64,000 nucleotides of DNA from an uncultured Verrucomicrobiota bacterium (GTDB lineage: Bacteria; Verrucomicrobiota; Kiritimatiellia; JAAZAB01). Below, in pieces: positions 18,606-30,354 of this stretch. The position numbers were made by a program, and so were the translations under genes. The notes under the pieces were generated by a model that saw only the letters and a list, made by a program, of their open reading frames with translations, searched no databases and was not told the origin of the DNA. Each line of letters opens with the position of its first letter. The stretch's first letter is position 1. The stretch spans positions 44,178 to 108,177 of the forward strand of contig CAYYVN010000007.1 in assembly GCA_964475165.1 (NCBI GenBank), written 5' to 3'.

Positions 18606-19933
18606 TCAGCGGCGGCGGGAGCGTCACCCGCCGCTGATTCCTGGGTTTGCCGGGCAACCTGCTGGGAAATGCGCACGGCACAAAAGTCGGCTCCGCACAT
18701 GCTGCAATGATCGCCGGTGCGCGGGGTCGTACCAACCGATTCCTGAAACCTTTGCTTGGCGCGGGCGCCATCCAGGGCCAATTTGAACTGTGCTTCCCAA
18801 TCGAAAGCCGTGCGCGCGCGGGCCATGGCATCATCCCAGGCCCGGGCGCCGGGCAGGCCGCGGGCCACATCGGCGGCATGGGCCGCGATGCGGCTGGCCA
18901 TGATACCCTCGCGAACCTCCGCGGCGGTGGGCAATCCAAGGTGTTCGGCCGGCGTCACATAGCATAGCAAGGCGGCGCCATACATGGCGGCCGCGGTGGC
19001 GCCGATGGCCGAAGTGATATGATCATAGCCGGGCGCCACATCAGTGACCACCGGTCCCAAAACATAAAAAGGCGCCTCAGCGCACAAGGCCGCCTGGCGC
19101 TCCATATTCATTTGGATCTGGTTAAAGGGCACATGGCCCGGACCTTCCACCATCACTTGCACGCCGCGCTGGCGGCAGCGCGCCACCAACTCTGCCAAGG
19201 CCTCCAACTCGGCGAACTGAGCGGCGTCGCTGGCATCGGCCAGACAGCCAGGCCGCAGGCCATCGCCCAGCGAAACAGTCACATCATGCGCATGGCAGAT
19301 ATCCAGCACGGTATCCCAAGCCTCATAGAGCGGATTCTCCCGCTGATGGGCTGTCATCCAGGCGGCCAGGATGGCCCCACCGCGGCTGACAATGCCCGCC
19401 AGGCGCTGCATGGCCAGGGGCACATGCCGCCGCAGGATGCCGGCGTGCAAGGTCATGAAATCAACCCCCTGCGCCGCCTGTTCGGCGATGACTTCCAGCA
19501 GTATCCCCGGCTCAAAGGCGGCGAAATCGCCGCCCACCCGGGAAACAGCCTCATAGATCGGCACCGTGCCCAAGGGCAAGGGACAGGCCGCCAGCATGGC
19601 CGAACGCAGCTCGGCCAGGTTCTCGCCCACGCTCAAATCCATCACCAAATCGGCGCCGCTGGTGCGCACTATGGCCAGCTTGCATAATTCGGTGGGCATA
19701 TCGGATTGCTCAGCGGAAAAGCCGATATTGGCATTGACCTTGGTCCGAAACTTGCGCCCGACAACCACCGGCTGTAAGAGAGTATGGCGCGGATTAGCCG
19801 GCAATACGGCGCGCCCCGCCGCCAGTTCAGCACGGATGGTTTCCGGCGGCATGTTTTCGCGGGCCGCACTGGCCAGCATGGCCGCCGAGAGGGCGCCCGC
19901 GCGGGCCTGATCCAATTGGGTTTGCATCTGCAT
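18602..19933 (-). CDS. thiC: Phosphomethylpyrimidine synthase
   Basis: KFRTKVNANIGFSAEQSD, the radical-SAM-like C-terminal CxxCxxxxC (CSMCGADFCAVR), and a length of 443 aa. Confidence 0.85.
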   Translation of the reverse strand: MQMQTQLDQARAGALSAAMLASAARENMPPETIRAELAAGRAVLPANPRHTLLQPVVVGRKFRTKVNANIGFSAEQSDMPTELCKLAIVRTSGADLVMDLSVGENLAELRSAMLAACPLPLGTVPIYEAVSRVGGDFAAFEPGILLEVIAEQAAQGVDFMTLHAGILRRHVPLAMQRLAGIVSRGGAILAAWMTAHQRENPLYEAWDTVLDICHAHDVTVSLGDGLRPGCLADASDAAQFAELEALAELVARCRQRGVQVMVEGPGHVPFNQIQMNMERQAALCAEAPFYVLGPVVTDVAPGYDHITSAIGATAAAMYGAALLCYVTPAEHLGLPTAAEVREGIMASRIAAHAADVARGLPGARAWDDAMARARTAFDWEAQFKLALDGARAKQRFQESVGTTPRTGDHCSMCGADFCAVRISQQVARQTQESAAGDAPAAAE

Positions 19934-19966
19934 AGGCGAACTGAATTGACGCTGCCGGCCGCTGCC

Positions 19967-20728
19967 TCAGCGATAGCTGCTCGGATGCATGAGAGCCATT
20001 AAATCCTTGATTTGCAATTGGGCCGGGTCTTCCAAGACCAGATCGGCCCCGCCAAAATCCTGATGGCTGGTATAGGCATCCGGCAGAACAACGCAGCGCA
20101 TACCGGCCACCAGGGCTGACCGGCAAGAGAGCGCCTCCGTAGTCAAGGCCAGGCAAGCTTGAGCGGGCAAAGCCATGGCTTTAGCCAGTTTAAGCCAGCC
20201 ATCCGGCGTGGGATGCCCGTTTTCAGCCTGGGCCTGCACTTCCAGCTTGCCCTGGAGACCCAGGCGCTCCACCAGCTCGGGAACAAGCTCGGCGGGCAGG
20301 TTCGACAATGCGCCGAGGCTCACCGAAGCCCGGGCGGCGGCGGCCAAAAGCGGTTCCAGCCAGGGATTCGGGCGCAGCGTATTTTTCTCTAAAGCTTGCC
20401 TGTACTGCGCCTTAAAATCCTGATCCAATTTTTCAATGGAAAGCTTCTTTTTGCCGAGCGCGGCCAGCAACTCATCCCAAGCCTTGGAGGATAGAGCATG
20501 CAGGGCAAAGTTGGAAAATACGATGGGCGTCAGCGTCAGATTACGATCCTGCAAGACGCGTTCCAGGGCGACATATTTTAATTGTCGACCGGCAAAGACG
20601 ATATTTTCAAACTCCAGAACCAAGCCGCGCGCGGACTGCGCCCGGGCTGTTTTTGCGTTAGTGACTGCGGCCGAGTTATCCATAATAGCGCGTTCTCCCA
20701 TTGCTTCGTGAGTGAGGAGGTTCTTCAA
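19967..20728 (-). CDS. HAD-superfamily-like protein with a degenerate motif I (LEFENIVF where DxDGT would be expected)
   Basis: The fold-level pattern resembles beta-PGM-like HAD hydrolases, but both motif-I aspartates are replaced (E-F-E-N). The function is uncertain and it may be non-catalytic. Confidence 0.3.
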   Translation of the reverse strand: MKNLLTHEAMGERAIMDNSAAVTNAKTARAQSARGLVLEFENIVFAGRQLKYVALERVLQDRNLTLTPIVFSNFALHALSSKAWDELLAALGKKKLSIEKLDQDFKAQYRQALEKNTLRPNPWLEPLLAAAARASVSLGALSNLPAELVPELVERLGLQGKLEVQAQAENGHPTPDGWLKLAKAMALPAQACLALTTEALSCRSALVAGMRCVVLPDAYTSHQDFGGADLVLEDPAQLQIKDLMALMHPSSYR

Positions 20729-20785
20729 TCGAAGCGGGAAATATAGCAGGCCGGAGCGTCGCCGTCAAGTTTCTGGAAAGTGAGC

Positions 20786-20814
20786 TTGACTTTTGTCCGC
20801 GGCATTTTTAGACT
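20786..20814 (+). promoter_or_regulatory. Sigma70-like promoter upstream of nusA: TTGACT, 17-nt spacer, TAGACT
   Basis: TTGACT at 20786-20791, a 17-nt spacer, and TAGACT at 20809-20814, about 105 nt upstream of the nusA ATG. No rimP ORF intervenes. Confidence 0.35.
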
Positions 20815-20920
20815 GCTCTTTTTCAACTGAGATTCCATGTTCAGCATGGTGTCCCCAGGGCCAGGCCGGGTGTAGGGCGCCGGCGGCGAAGATGGGGCGG
20901 CTCGGAATGCAGGGGATCAT

Positions 20921-22183
<1,263 letters not shown>

Positions 22184-22261
22184 ACCAGCTCCCGGCGCTT
22201 GCTTTCCTCCATCCGGGGCCAAGAGCGACCATCCCTGCGCAAGGGGATAGATAGGAATAAG

Positions 22262-24256
22262 ATGAGAGTATACGCTTTAGCCAAAGAACTGGGCTTATCC
22301 AGTAAGGAGCTTTTGAGCCGCCTGCAGGCGGCGGGCCTGGCGATCACCAGTGCCTCCAGCTCATTGGATGAAGCCACCGTGCAACGGATGCGAGCTGAGA
22401 TGGCTCCGCCCCCCGCGGCGGCGAAGAGCACGGCGGCGCCGGAACCAGCCCCGGCAACGAGCACCCCGCCCGCCGCGGCGGCTCCCCAAACCATCACCAT
22501 GCGCGGGGCGATCATCGTCCGGGAATTGGCCGAGCAACTGGGCTTGAAACCCAATCAACTGATCACCGAATTAATGGCGGTCAATATCCTGGCTTCGATC
22601 AACGAGCGGCTGGATCTTAAGGTGGCCCAGCAGGTGGCCGAAAAGCATGGCTTCATCCTCGAACATGAGAAGAAACAGGTTGAACAAAAAACACCGCTCA
22701 AGAAGCTAACCGAGGAAGCCGCCGAACCCGTGCGCCCGGAGGATTTGGAAAGCCGGCCGGCGGTGGTCGCCTTTCTGGGCCATATAGATCACGGCAAAAC
22801 TTCCTTGCTGGACCGCATCCGCAACGCCTCCGTAGCCAAAAGCGAAGCGGGGCGCATCACTCAGCATATCGGCGCTTATACCATTGAGCATCGCGGCCAG
22901 AAAATCACCTTCCTGGATACACCCGGCCATGCTGCCTTCACGGCCATGCGCGCCCGTGGCGCCAACCTGACGGATATTGCCGTGATCGTCATCGCCGCCG
23001 ATGATGGCATCATGCCCCAAACCGAAGAGGCCATCAAACACGCGCAGGCGGCCAACACCACCATCGTGGTGGCGATCAATAAAATGGATCTGCCCGCCGC
23101 CAATGCCGAGCGGGTTAAGCAACAGCTCCAAGCCTTGAATCTGACGCCTGAAGATTGGGGCGGCACCACCATCTGTTGCCCGGTCAGCGCGCAGACGGGC
23201 GCGGGCATCGATCAGCTATTGGAAATGCTGCTCTTGCAGGCCGAAATCATGGAATTGAAGGCTACGCCCAAAGGCCGCGCTCAGGGCTATGTTATCGAAG
23301 CCCAGATGGAGCCGGGCATGGGCCCCACCGCCCACCTGCTGGTGACGCGCGGCACGCTATGCGTGGGCGATATGATGGTCTGCGGTGTGTTTTGCGGCAG
23401 GGTCAAGGCGCTGATCAACGATCATGCCATCAAGGTGCGCACGGCGCTGCCCTCCATGCCGGTCAAATGCCTGGGCCTCTCGGGCGTGCCGCAGGCCGGC
23501 GAAATGTTTCAGATTTATGCGGACGAAAAAGCGGCCCAGGCGGTAGTCGCTCAAAGAAGCGCCGCCCAGCGGCTCGACCAACTGGCCACACCCAAGAAAT
23601 CTTCCCTCCAGGATATCTTCAGCCAAATGGCCAAAAGCCAGCAACTGGAGCTGCGCCTGATATTGAAGTGTGATGTGCAAGGTTCGCTGGAGGCCATCCA
23701 AAAAGCGTTGGAAGAAATCCGCAGCGATAAAATAAGCCTGGAAATAGTTCTGAGCGGCGTGGGCAATATCAACGAGAACGATGTACTGCTGGCCAGCGCC
23801 TCGCATGCCATTGTGATCGGCTTCAATATCAGCAAGGAAAACGGCGTGGCCCAAGCCGCCAAGCGTGAAGGCGTAGAAATCCGCCTGTATAGCATCATCT
23901 ATGAGATCGTGGATCAAATCCGCGAAGCCATGACCGGCATGCTGGCTCCGGAAATGCGCGAAAAAGTTATGGGGCGCACCGAAGTGCGCCAGGTTTTCCC
24001 GATCACCAAAAAGGGTAATGTGGCTGGGTGCCTGGTGGTCAGCGGGCGGGCCACGACCCGCTGCAAAGTGCGCGTGCTTCGTCAGAACGAAGTTCTCTAT
24101 GAAGGCGCCATTGCCTCGCTGAAACGCTTTCAGGATGATGTGAGTGAAGTGCGTGAAGGCCAGGAATGCGGCGTGCGCCTGGATAATTTTACGGCCTTTG
24201 AGCTGGGCGACCTGCTTGAATTTTTCGAGATCGAGAAGATACCACAACGATTATAA
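22262..24256 (+). CDS. infB: Translation initiation factor IF-2
   Basis: [11 protein letters not shown] at the N-terminus, the GTPase G1 motif [24 protein letters not shown], and C-terminal beta-barrels. I prefer the ATG at 22262, which has an AGGAA Shine-Dalgarno. Confidence 0.9.
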   Translation: MRVYALAKELGLSSKELLSRLQAAGLAITSASSSLDEATVQRMRAEMAPPPAAAKSTAAPEPAPATSTPPAAAAPQTITMRGAIIVRELAEQLGLKPNQLITELMAVNILASINERLDLKVAQQVAEKHGFILEHEKKQVEQKTPLKKLTEEAAEPVRPEDLESRPAVVAFLGHIDHGKTSLLDRIRNASVAKSEAGRITQHIGAYTIEHRGQKITFLDTPGHAAFTAMRARGANLTDIAVIVIAADDGIMPQTEEAIKHAQAANTTIVVAINKMDLPAANAERVKQQLQALNLTPEDWGGTTICCPVSAQTGAGIDQLLEMLLLQAEIMELKATPKGRAQGYVIEAQMEPGMGPTAHLLVTRGTLCVGDMMVCGVFCGRVKALINDHAIKVRTALPSMPVKCLGLSGVPQAGEMFQIYADEKAAQAVVAQRSAAQRLDQLATPKKSSLQDIFSQMAKSQQLELRLILKCDVQGSLEAIQKALEEIRSDKISLEIVLSGVGNINENDVLLASASHAIVIGFNISKENGVAQAAKREGVEIRLYSIIYEIVDQIREAMTGMLAPEMREKVMGRTEVRQVFPITKKGNVAGCLVVSGRATTRCKVRVLRQNEVLYEGAIASLKRFQDDVSEVREGQECGVRLDNFTAFELGDLLEFFEIEKIPQRL

Positions 24257-24384
24257 GCGCCAGCGCCGCAGAGCCGGCCGCCGCGCCCGCATCGGCCGGC
24301 AGGCTCTGGCCCGGCGCAGCGGCCCTTTACTTCCAAAAGCCATGGCCGCCGATGCCAGCGGCCAATAATAAAAAGGAAAACTGC

Positions 24385-24777
24385 ATGGGCGTGGATCGTA
24401 TGACCCGGGTTAACGAGCTGCTCAAGCGGGCCATCGGCAGTTATCTCTTTCGGATAATGCACGAGGACGCTTTTGATCTGGCCGCGGTGACGATCACGCG
24501 CGTGGCCACCAGCAAAAATCTGCGCGAAGCACGCGTCTTCGTTTCGATCCGCGATCACCATGCCGAACGGCCGGATATGCTCGCCAAGCTCAACCAGCAC
24601 CGGGCCGAAATCCAGGCCCATATCAACGCCACGATCGTGCTCAAATATACCCCGCGCCTGACTTTCGAGCTCGACACTTCCCTGGAAGAAGGCGACCATG
24701 TCTTAAACATTTTAGCGCAATTAGAGAAGAATCCGCCGCCGGCGGCCGCCGCCGAGCAAGAGCCGGGTGCCCTATGA
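24385..24777 (+). CDS. rbfA: Ribosome-binding factor A
   Basis: RVNELLKRAIGSYLF...VTITRVATSKNLREARVFVS has the KH-like RbfA pattern. It lies downstream of infB. Confidence 0.85.
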   Translation: MGVDRMTRVNELLKRAIGSYLFRIMHEDAFDLAAVTITRVATSKNLREARVFVSIRDHHAERPDMLAKLNQHRAEIQAHINATIVLKYTPRLTFELDTSLEEGDHVLNILAQLEKNPPPAAAAEQEPGAL

Positions 24778-25529
24778 CAAAATTCATCACACCCGCCAGC
24801 GGCACCCTCAACGGTATCTTGCTGGTGGATAAACCTTCCGGCCCGACATCCCACGATGTGCTCGACCGCATTCGCCGCCATTTTCAACTTGAGAAAGCGG
24901 GGCATGCCGGCACCTTGGATCCGCAAGCCACCGGTTTATTGGTGCTGATGATTGGCCGGGCCACCAAACTGGCCAATACCCTGCTGGCCGATGATAAAAC
25001 TTATAGCGGCACCCTGCACCTGGGGATCGCCACCGATACCCAGGATGCGCAGGGCATCCCCATCCGGGAAGCCGACTATCGGGCCATCACCCGCGCCCAG
25101 GTCCAGCAGGAAATCCAGCGCTGGCAAGGCGATCTTTTACAGACTCCGCCGATGATCTCCGCCGCCAAAAAGAACGGCGTGCCCCTTTATAAACTGGCCC
25201 GCCGCGGGCAGGTCGTAGAGCGCCAGCCGAAACTGATCCATATTTATGAATTTAACCTGCTGGACTTTAATCCGCCCCTGGTGACTTTCCGTTTGCGTTG
25301 CAGCAAAGGCGTTTATGTGCGCACGCTCTGCGCGGATATCGGTGAAGCGCTCGGCTGCGGGGCGCACCTGGCGCAACTCTGCCGCGAGCGCAGCGGCGAC
25401 TTCAGCCTGCAAGACGCGCTCAGCCTGGACGCTATCCTGGAGTTAAACCGCCCCCAGTTAATCGAGCGCCTGATTCCCCTGCACCAGATTCGCACGGCCC
25501 CAGCGGCGCCCCGACCGCCCCTCCCCTAA
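24774..25529 (+). CDS. truB: tRNA pseudouridine(55) synthase
   Basis: GILLVDKPSGPTSHDVLDRIRR, the catalytic Asp motif GHAGTLDPQATGLL, and a start that overlaps the rbfA stop. Confidence 0.9.
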   Translation: MTKFITPASGTLNGILLVDKPSGPTSHDVLDRIRRHFQLEKAGHAGTLDPQATGLLVLMIGRATKLANTLLADDKTYSGTLHLGIATDTQDAQGIPIREADYRAITRAQVQQEIQRWQGDLLQTPPMISAAKKNGVPLYKLARRGQVVERQPKLIHIYEFNLLDFNPPLVTFRLRCSKGVYVRTLCADIGEALGCGAHLAQLCRERSGDFSLQDALSLDAILELNRPQLIERLIPLHQIRTAPAAPRPPLP

Positions 25530-25530
25530 C

Positions 25531-26556
25531 ATGAAAATAATCCGCCGCTTGCATGCTTTAGGCCAGCTCCGCCAGCCAGTATTTTTGGCGGTGGGTTTTT
25601 TCGATGGAGTGCATCGGGGGCATCAGCGGCTGATTGGCCGCGCGCAAACCGCCGCGCGGCGCAGCCGAGGCACGCTCTGGGTTTTGACCTTCGCGCCCCA
25701 TCCGCGCCAGGTGCTGGCGCCGCCAGCCGCGCCGCCCCTGCTGACCTCCCAGCCCCACAAGCTTGAGCTGCTGGCCGCGCTGGGCGTAGCCGGTTGCGTG
25801 CTGATTACTTTCACGCGCGCTTACGCGCAACGGGAACCGGAAGCTTTTATGGCCACGCTCGCGCGCGCCCTGCCCCCCGCCTCCCGTATTTTCATCGGGC
25901 AGAACTGGACCTTTGGCCGCGGCGGCCGCGGCGATGCGCGCCTGCTGCAAAGCCTGGGCCAGCAACTCGGGCTGCGCGCCGTACGCTTAGCGCCGATGAA
26001 CTGGCGCGGGCGCCCCATTTCCAGCACGCGGATTCGCCAAGCGGTGGCCAGCGGCCGGCTGCTGGAAGCCCAGCACATGCTGGGGCGCCCCTTCAGCATA
26101 CAAGGCACGGTTATCCCCGGCCGGCGCATCGGGCGAACTCTGGGTTTTCCCACCGCCAATCTCAAGCCCCATCACGACGCCCACCCGCCGCTGGGCGTTT
26201 ATGTGGTAGCCGTCTTGATGGCGGGCCGTTATTATCCCGGCGTGGCCAACCTGGGCACGCGCCCCAGCCTGCCCCAGCCAGGCGGCCGCCCCCCGGCCCC
26301 CTTGCTGGAAGTGCATCTTTTGGATATGGCAGGCGATCTCTATGGCAAAACTCTGGAAGTGTTTTTCCTGAAACGCCTGCGGGCTGAGCGGCGTTTCGCC
26401 TCCCGCCAGCTTTTGCAACGCCAGATCGCCCAGGATATCGCCAATGCCCGTCGCCGCCTGGCCCGGCCCGGCCCCGAAAAATCTTTATTCCGCTCTTTAC
26501 AACGACCGGCCCAACGCCTACAATCGCCTCTTATAAAAAACAACCCTAAAGATTAG
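25531..26556 (+). CDS. ribF: Bifunctional riboflavin kinase / FMN adenylyltransferase
   Basis: LAVGFFDGVHRGHQRLI (FAD synthetase motif) and a C-terminal riboflavin kinase region (GRPFSIQGTVIPGRRIGRTLGFPTANL). Confidence 0.85.
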   Translation: MKIIRRLHALGQLRQPVFLAVGFFDGVHRGHQRLIGRAQTAARRSRGTLWVLTFAPHPRQVLAPPAAPPLLTSQPHKLELLAALGVAGCVLITFTRAYAQREPEAFMATLARALPPASRIFIGQNWTFGRGGRGDARLLQSLGQQLGLRAVRLAPMNWRGRPISSTRIRQAVASGRLLEAQHMLGRPFSIQGTVIPGRRIGRTLGFPTANLKPHHDAHPPLGVYVVAVLMAGRYYPGVANLGTRPSLPQPGGRPPAPLLEVHLLDMAGDLYGKTLEVFFLKRLRAERRFASRQLLQRQIAQDIANARRRLARPGPEKSLFRSLQRPAQRLQSPLIKNNPKD

Positions 26557-26559
26557 GCT

Positions 26560-26823
26560 ATGGAAGTAAAACCAAAATCGGTCATCAAAAAAGAATATCA
26601 GCGGCACGCACAGGATAGCGGCTCAGCCGATGTCCAAGTGGCCCTTCTATCTCATCGCATTGAACGGCTCACCGAGCATCTCAAGGCCAATAACAAGGAT
26701 CATAGTTCCCGTTATGGCTTGATCAAAATGGTGAGCGCCCGCCGCAAGCTGCTCGATTACTTGCAGCGAACGGATAAGCAACGCTATCAGGATATCATCG
26801 AGCGCTTGAAACTGCGCCGCTAA
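26560..26823 (+). CDS. rpsO: 30S ribosomal protein S15
   Basis: 87 aa. DSGSADVQVALLSHRIERLTEHLKANNKDHSSRYGLIKMVSARRKLLDYL is a canonical S15 sequence. It lies upstream of pnp. Confidence 0.9.
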   Translation: MEVKPKSVIKKEYQRHAQDSGSADVQVALLSHRIERLTEHLKANNKDHSSRYGLIKMVSARRKLLDYLQRTDKQRYQDIIERLKLRR

Positions 26824-26925
26824 TCCGCAGCGTGCATAGCCAGCGCGCCACGCGCTCCTTCTTGCCGTTGGTTCCCCGGCGATGAAGTTTACTTATCGGA
26901 ACAGAACCACGAAGACACATCACTT

Positions 26926-29058
26926 ATGAATACAAAGAAAAACATCCAGGCTGTGGAAGTGAAACTGGGCGCGCAAACCCTGCGCATCGAAACCGGGCTC
27001 TTGGCGCAACAGGCCGCCGGCGCCGTAACCATCCGCCTGGGCGACACCATTCTGCTGGCCACCGTGACCGCCGCCGATAAACCCCGCGAAGGCATTGATT
27101 ATTTCCCGCTGCAGGTGGAATATCGCGAAAAATACTATGCAGCCGGTAAGTTTCCTGGGGGATTTTTCAAGCGCGAAGCGCGCCCTTCCGAAAAGGAAGT
27201 CTTGACCGCCCGCTTCACGGACCGCCCCATCCGCCCCCTCTTCCAGAAAGGCTTCCATAACGAAGTCCAGATCAATAATATGCTGCTTTCGGCTGATGGC
27301 GAAAATGATGCGGATATCCTGAGCATCATCGGCGCCAGCGCGGCCTTGACCATATCGGAGCTGCCCTTTCACGGGCCGATCGGCGCGGTGCGCGTGGGGC
27401 GCATCGATGGGCAGTTCATCATCAATCCGACCAATGCCGAGCGCGTCCGCAGCGATCTGGATTTGATCTATGCCGGCAACCAGGAACTGCCGGTGATGAT
27501 CGAGGGCGATGCTCGGGAAATCTCCGAAGACGATCTGCTGGCGGGAATGCGTGTCGCCCATGCCGCCTGCCAGCAGCTGGTCGCGGCGCAAATCGAGTTA
27601 CGGCGCCAAATGGGGCGCGCGGATAAAACGGTGACCGATCTGCCCGCGCCCAGCGCCGGACTGCAGGCGCCCGCTTATGCTGAGGCCCGGAATGAACTGG
27701 CCGCGGCCCTGACCACTCAGGGCAAGCAGGCGCGCCAGGCGCGCATCAAGGAGATCCGCGAAGCCTTGCAGACCCAACTGCTCACCGATCAACCCGAACT
27801 CAGCGAGGAGCAATTCAGGGCCGCCTTCGATGAGTTGGAAATCAGCCTGGTCCGCCGCCAGCTCCTCGAAAAACAGCAGCGCATCGACGGCCGGGGCTTC
27901 GATGAGATTCGTCCCCTCCAGGGGAGCGTGGGCCTGCTGCCTCGCGCCCATGGTTCGGCCCTCTTTGGCCGTGGCGAAACCCAGGCCCTGGGCACCGTCA
28001 CGCTGGGCAGCGATTCCGACAGCCAAACCTTGGATGTGATCACTGGCGGTCCGGAGCGCAAAACCGAAAAAAAATTCATGGTGCATTATAACTTCCCGCC
28101 TTACAGCGTGGGTGAAGTGGGCCGGCTGGGTTCGACCAATCGCCGCGAACAGGGGCATGGCGCCCTGGCCGAGCGCTCCCTGGAGCAGGTTATGCCGCCG
28201 GACTATCCCTACACGGTGCGCATGGTCTCGGATATCATGGGCTCCAATGGCTCCTCCTCTATGGCCAGTGTCTGTGTGGGCACTTTGGCGCTGATGGATG
28301 CGGGCGTGCCCCTGGTTAAGCCGGTGGCGGGCATTTCCATCGGGCTCTTCAGCGATGAACGCCAAGCCGTTCTGGTGACCGATATCAACGGTGAGGAGGA
28401 TCATTGCGGCGATATGGATTTCAAGGTGGCCGGTACCCGCGAGGGCATCACCGGTTTTCAGGTGGACCTCAAAATCCTGGGGCTGCCATGGGATGTGGCC
28501 GCCCAGGCCTTTGAGAAAGCACGCCTGGCCCGCGAGCGCATCCTGGACTTCATGGAGACGGTCATCCCCGCGCCGCGCGAGCATCTCTCGCCCTATGCGC
28601 CGCGGGTGCAAGTCGTGAAGATCAATCCCGAAAAAATCGGTGAATTGATCGGACCGGGTGGCAAGAACATCCGCCGCATAACGGATCTCACCAATACGCA
28701 AATAGATATTGATGATGACGGCACGGTGCACATCTTCAGCGCTAACGAAGCCAACATGGAAATGGCCGTGCGCGAGGTTAATCTGATTACAGCCGAAGCC
28801 GAGGAGGGCGTGATCTATAACGGCACCGTCACGGGCATCAAGGAATTCGGCGCTTTTGTGGAGATCATACCGGGTAAAGATGGCTTAGTGCACATCAGTG
28901 AGCTGGCGGATTTCCGCGTTAAAAATGTTGAGGACTTCTGCAAAATCGGCGATCAGATGTGGGTTAAATGCATTGGTATTGATGAACGCGGCCGCGTGAA
29001 GTTGAGCCGTAAGGCGGCCATGCGCGAAAAAGGGCTGGCAGATCCCAAGCAAGCATGA
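26926..29058 (+). CDS. pnp: Polyribonucleotide nucleotidyltransferase (PNPase)
   Basis: Two RNase PH domains ([45 protein letters not shown]), a KH domain ([15 protein letters not shown]) and an S1 domain ([15 protein letters not shown]), in 710 aa. Confidence 0.95.
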   Translation: MNTKKNIQAVEVKLGAQTLRIETGLLAQQAAGAVTIRLGDTILLATVTAADKPREGIDYFPLQVEYREKYYAAGKFPGGFFKREARPSEKEVLTARFTDRPIRPLFQKGFHNEVQINNMLLSADGENDADILSIIGASAALTISELPFHGPIGAVRVGRIDGQFIINPTNAERVRSDLDLIYAGNQELPVMIEGDAREISEDDLLAGMRVAHAACQQLVAAQIELRRQMGRADKTVTDLPAPSAGLQAPAYAEARNELAAALTTQGKQARQARIKEIREALQTQLLTDQPELSEEQFRAAFDELEISLVRRQLLEKQQRIDGRGFDEIRPLQGSVGLLPRAHGSALFGRGETQALGTVTLGSDSDSQTLDVITGGPERKTEKKFMVHYNFPPYSVGEVGRLGSTNRREQGHGALAERSLEQVMPPDYPYTVRMVSDIMGSNGSSSMASVCVGTLALMDAGVPLVKPVAGISIGLFSDERQAVLVTDINGEEDHCGDMDFKVAGTREGITGFQVDLKILGLPWDVAAQAFEKARLARERILDFMETVIPAPREHLSPYAPRVQVVKINPEKIGELIGPGGKNIRRITDLTNTQIDIDDDGTVHIFSANEANMEMAVREVNLITAEAEEGVIYNGTVTGIKEFGAFVEIIPGKDGLVHISELADFRVKNVEDFCKIGDQMWVKCIGIDERGRVKLSRKAAMREKGLADPKQA

Positions 29059-29471
29059 AAGATTGTGTTTTCTGTCAAATCGTAGCCGGGACCTTGCCCG
29101 CCAGCAAGGTCTATGAAGATGCCACCAGCCTGGCTTTCCTGGATATCGGGCCGCTCATCAAGGGGCATACCTTAGTTATTCCCAAAAAGCATTATGATCC
29201 CTTGATGGCGACGCCCCCCAACGTGCTGGCGCAATTGATGAGCGTGGTGCAGAAAATTGCCCGCGCCCAGGTCAAAGGCTTGCAGGCCGCCGGCGTCAAT
29301 GTCATGCAAACCAACGGGCGCGCCGCCGGCCAAGTGGTACCCCACCTTCATTTTCACGTCATTCCGCGTTTTGAGCAGGATGGACATAGCTGGAATTGGC
29401 GCCCGCAAGCCTATGCCGATAATGAGGAAATGCAAAGCTTGGCGCTCACTATCCGGCAAGCCCTGGTGTGA
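29055..29471 (+). CDS. HIT-family (histidine triad) nucleotide hydrolase
   Basis: CVFCQIVAG at the N-terminus and the histidine-triad motif HLHFHVIPR, in 138 aa. It overlaps pnp by an ATGA. Confidence 0.85.
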   Translation: MKDCVFCQIVAGTLPASKVYEDATSLAFLDIGPLIKGHTLVIPKKHYDPLMATPPNVLAQLMSVVQKIARAQVKGLQAAGVNVMQTNGRAAGQVVPHLHFHVIPRFEQDGHSWNWRPQAYADNEEMQSLALTIRQALV

Positions 29472-29518
29472 GGGGCCTGCGGCGCTGAGCGCCACGCTTG
29501 AGAGGTAGGAATAAGGCC

Positions 29519-29908
29519 ATGCGCATTATTCGTCGGGAAGAAAGCGAACGGCTCTTGCAGGAAGATCCGCGTTATGCGGCCGACGCCTATCAATTTGTGA
29601 GTGCCGGTCTGGATTTCACCATCAAGCTCCTCAATAAACCGCGCCAGGGACCGGGGCGGCATGTTTCCGGAGCCGAACTCCTGGAAGGCCTGCGCCAATA
29701 TGCCCTGCGGGAATATGGGCCCATGGCCAAGACCATTCTCAATGCCTGGGGCATTCATGACTGCCGCGATTTCGGGCAGATCGTTTTCAATCTGGTCGCT
29801 AAAAACATTTTCGGCAAGACCGCCGACGATTCCCTGGCTGATTTTGATGCTGGCTTCGATTTCGAGACGGCTTTCCGGGCGCCTTTTAAGCCGACGCAAC
29901 CCTCTTGA
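29519..29908 (+). CDS. Conserved hypothetical protein of about 129 aa
   Basis: The ATG at 29519 follows an AGGAATAAGG Shine-Dalgarno; the track's first codon is TTG at 29498. No motif is recognised. Confidence 0.4.
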   Translation: MRIIRREESERLLQEDPRYAADAYQFVSAGLDFTIKLLNKPRQGPGRHVSGAELLEGLRQYALREYGPMAKTILNAWGIHDCRDFGQIVFNLVAKNIFGKTADDSLADFDAGFDFETAFRAPFKPTQPS

Positions 29909-29949
29909 AGCTGGCCAGGAGAGCTGGCGCCAAGCGAGGAGTAGAAACT

Positions 29950-30330
29950 ATGTCACACGAGCTTCCCAACCGCGATCTACATAAAGCCCTCTTTCTGAAC
30001 TTGGTCACCATGCTGAGCATGTCAGCCTTGCAGCAGTTGGGCAAAATAATCAATCCGCTCACGGGCAAGGCTGAAGTCAGCCTGGAGGGCGCCCAGGCCA
30101 CCATCGACACCCTCGATATGCTGGAGGTCAAGACGCGCGGCCAGCGCGATGCCGATGAGGAAAAGGCTCTGCAAGAGGCTCTGCTGATGCTGAAAATGAA
30201 TTTCGTGGAGAGCCGGCCGGCCGCCGACCAAGCGCAAGAAACTCCCAGCCAAGCTGCGGAAACCCCCGCCGCCGCCGCGCCGGCCCCTTCAGCCGCCGCA
30301 GACGACGCGGAACGCAAGGAACTTCCGTAA
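29950..30330 (+). CDS. Small hypothetical protein, DUF1844-like pattern
   Basis: LPNRDLHKALFLNLVTMLSMSALQQLGKIINPLTGKAEVSLEGAQATIDTLDMLEVKTRGQRDADEEKALQEALLMLKMNFVE resembles the DUF1844 consensus as I recall it. The ATG at 29950 follows a GAGGAG Shine-Dalgarno. Confidence 0.4.
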   Translation: MSHELPNRDLHKALFLNLVTMLSMSALQQLGKIINPLTGKAEVSLEGAQATIDTLDMLEVKTRGQRDADEEKALQEALLMLKMNFVESRPAADQAQETPSQAAETPAAAAPAPSAAADDAERKELP

Positions 30331-30354
30331 AACCTACTCGTGAGCTAGCGCTCC

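Noticed and set aside
19934-20060. Expected TPP (THI-box) riboswitch upstream of thiC
   Set aside because: Only 33 nt are intergenic, and no CUGAGA / GGGG…ACCUGAUCUGGAUAAUGCC-like elements were seen on the coding strand. This is recorded as a finding rather than annotated.
26842-26856. rpsO-pnp intergenic hairpin AGCGCG-cca-CGCGCT as a terminator or RNase III site
   Set aside because: The stem is short (6 bp) and has no U-tract. It is plausibly part of the pnp leader, but it is too weak to annotate.
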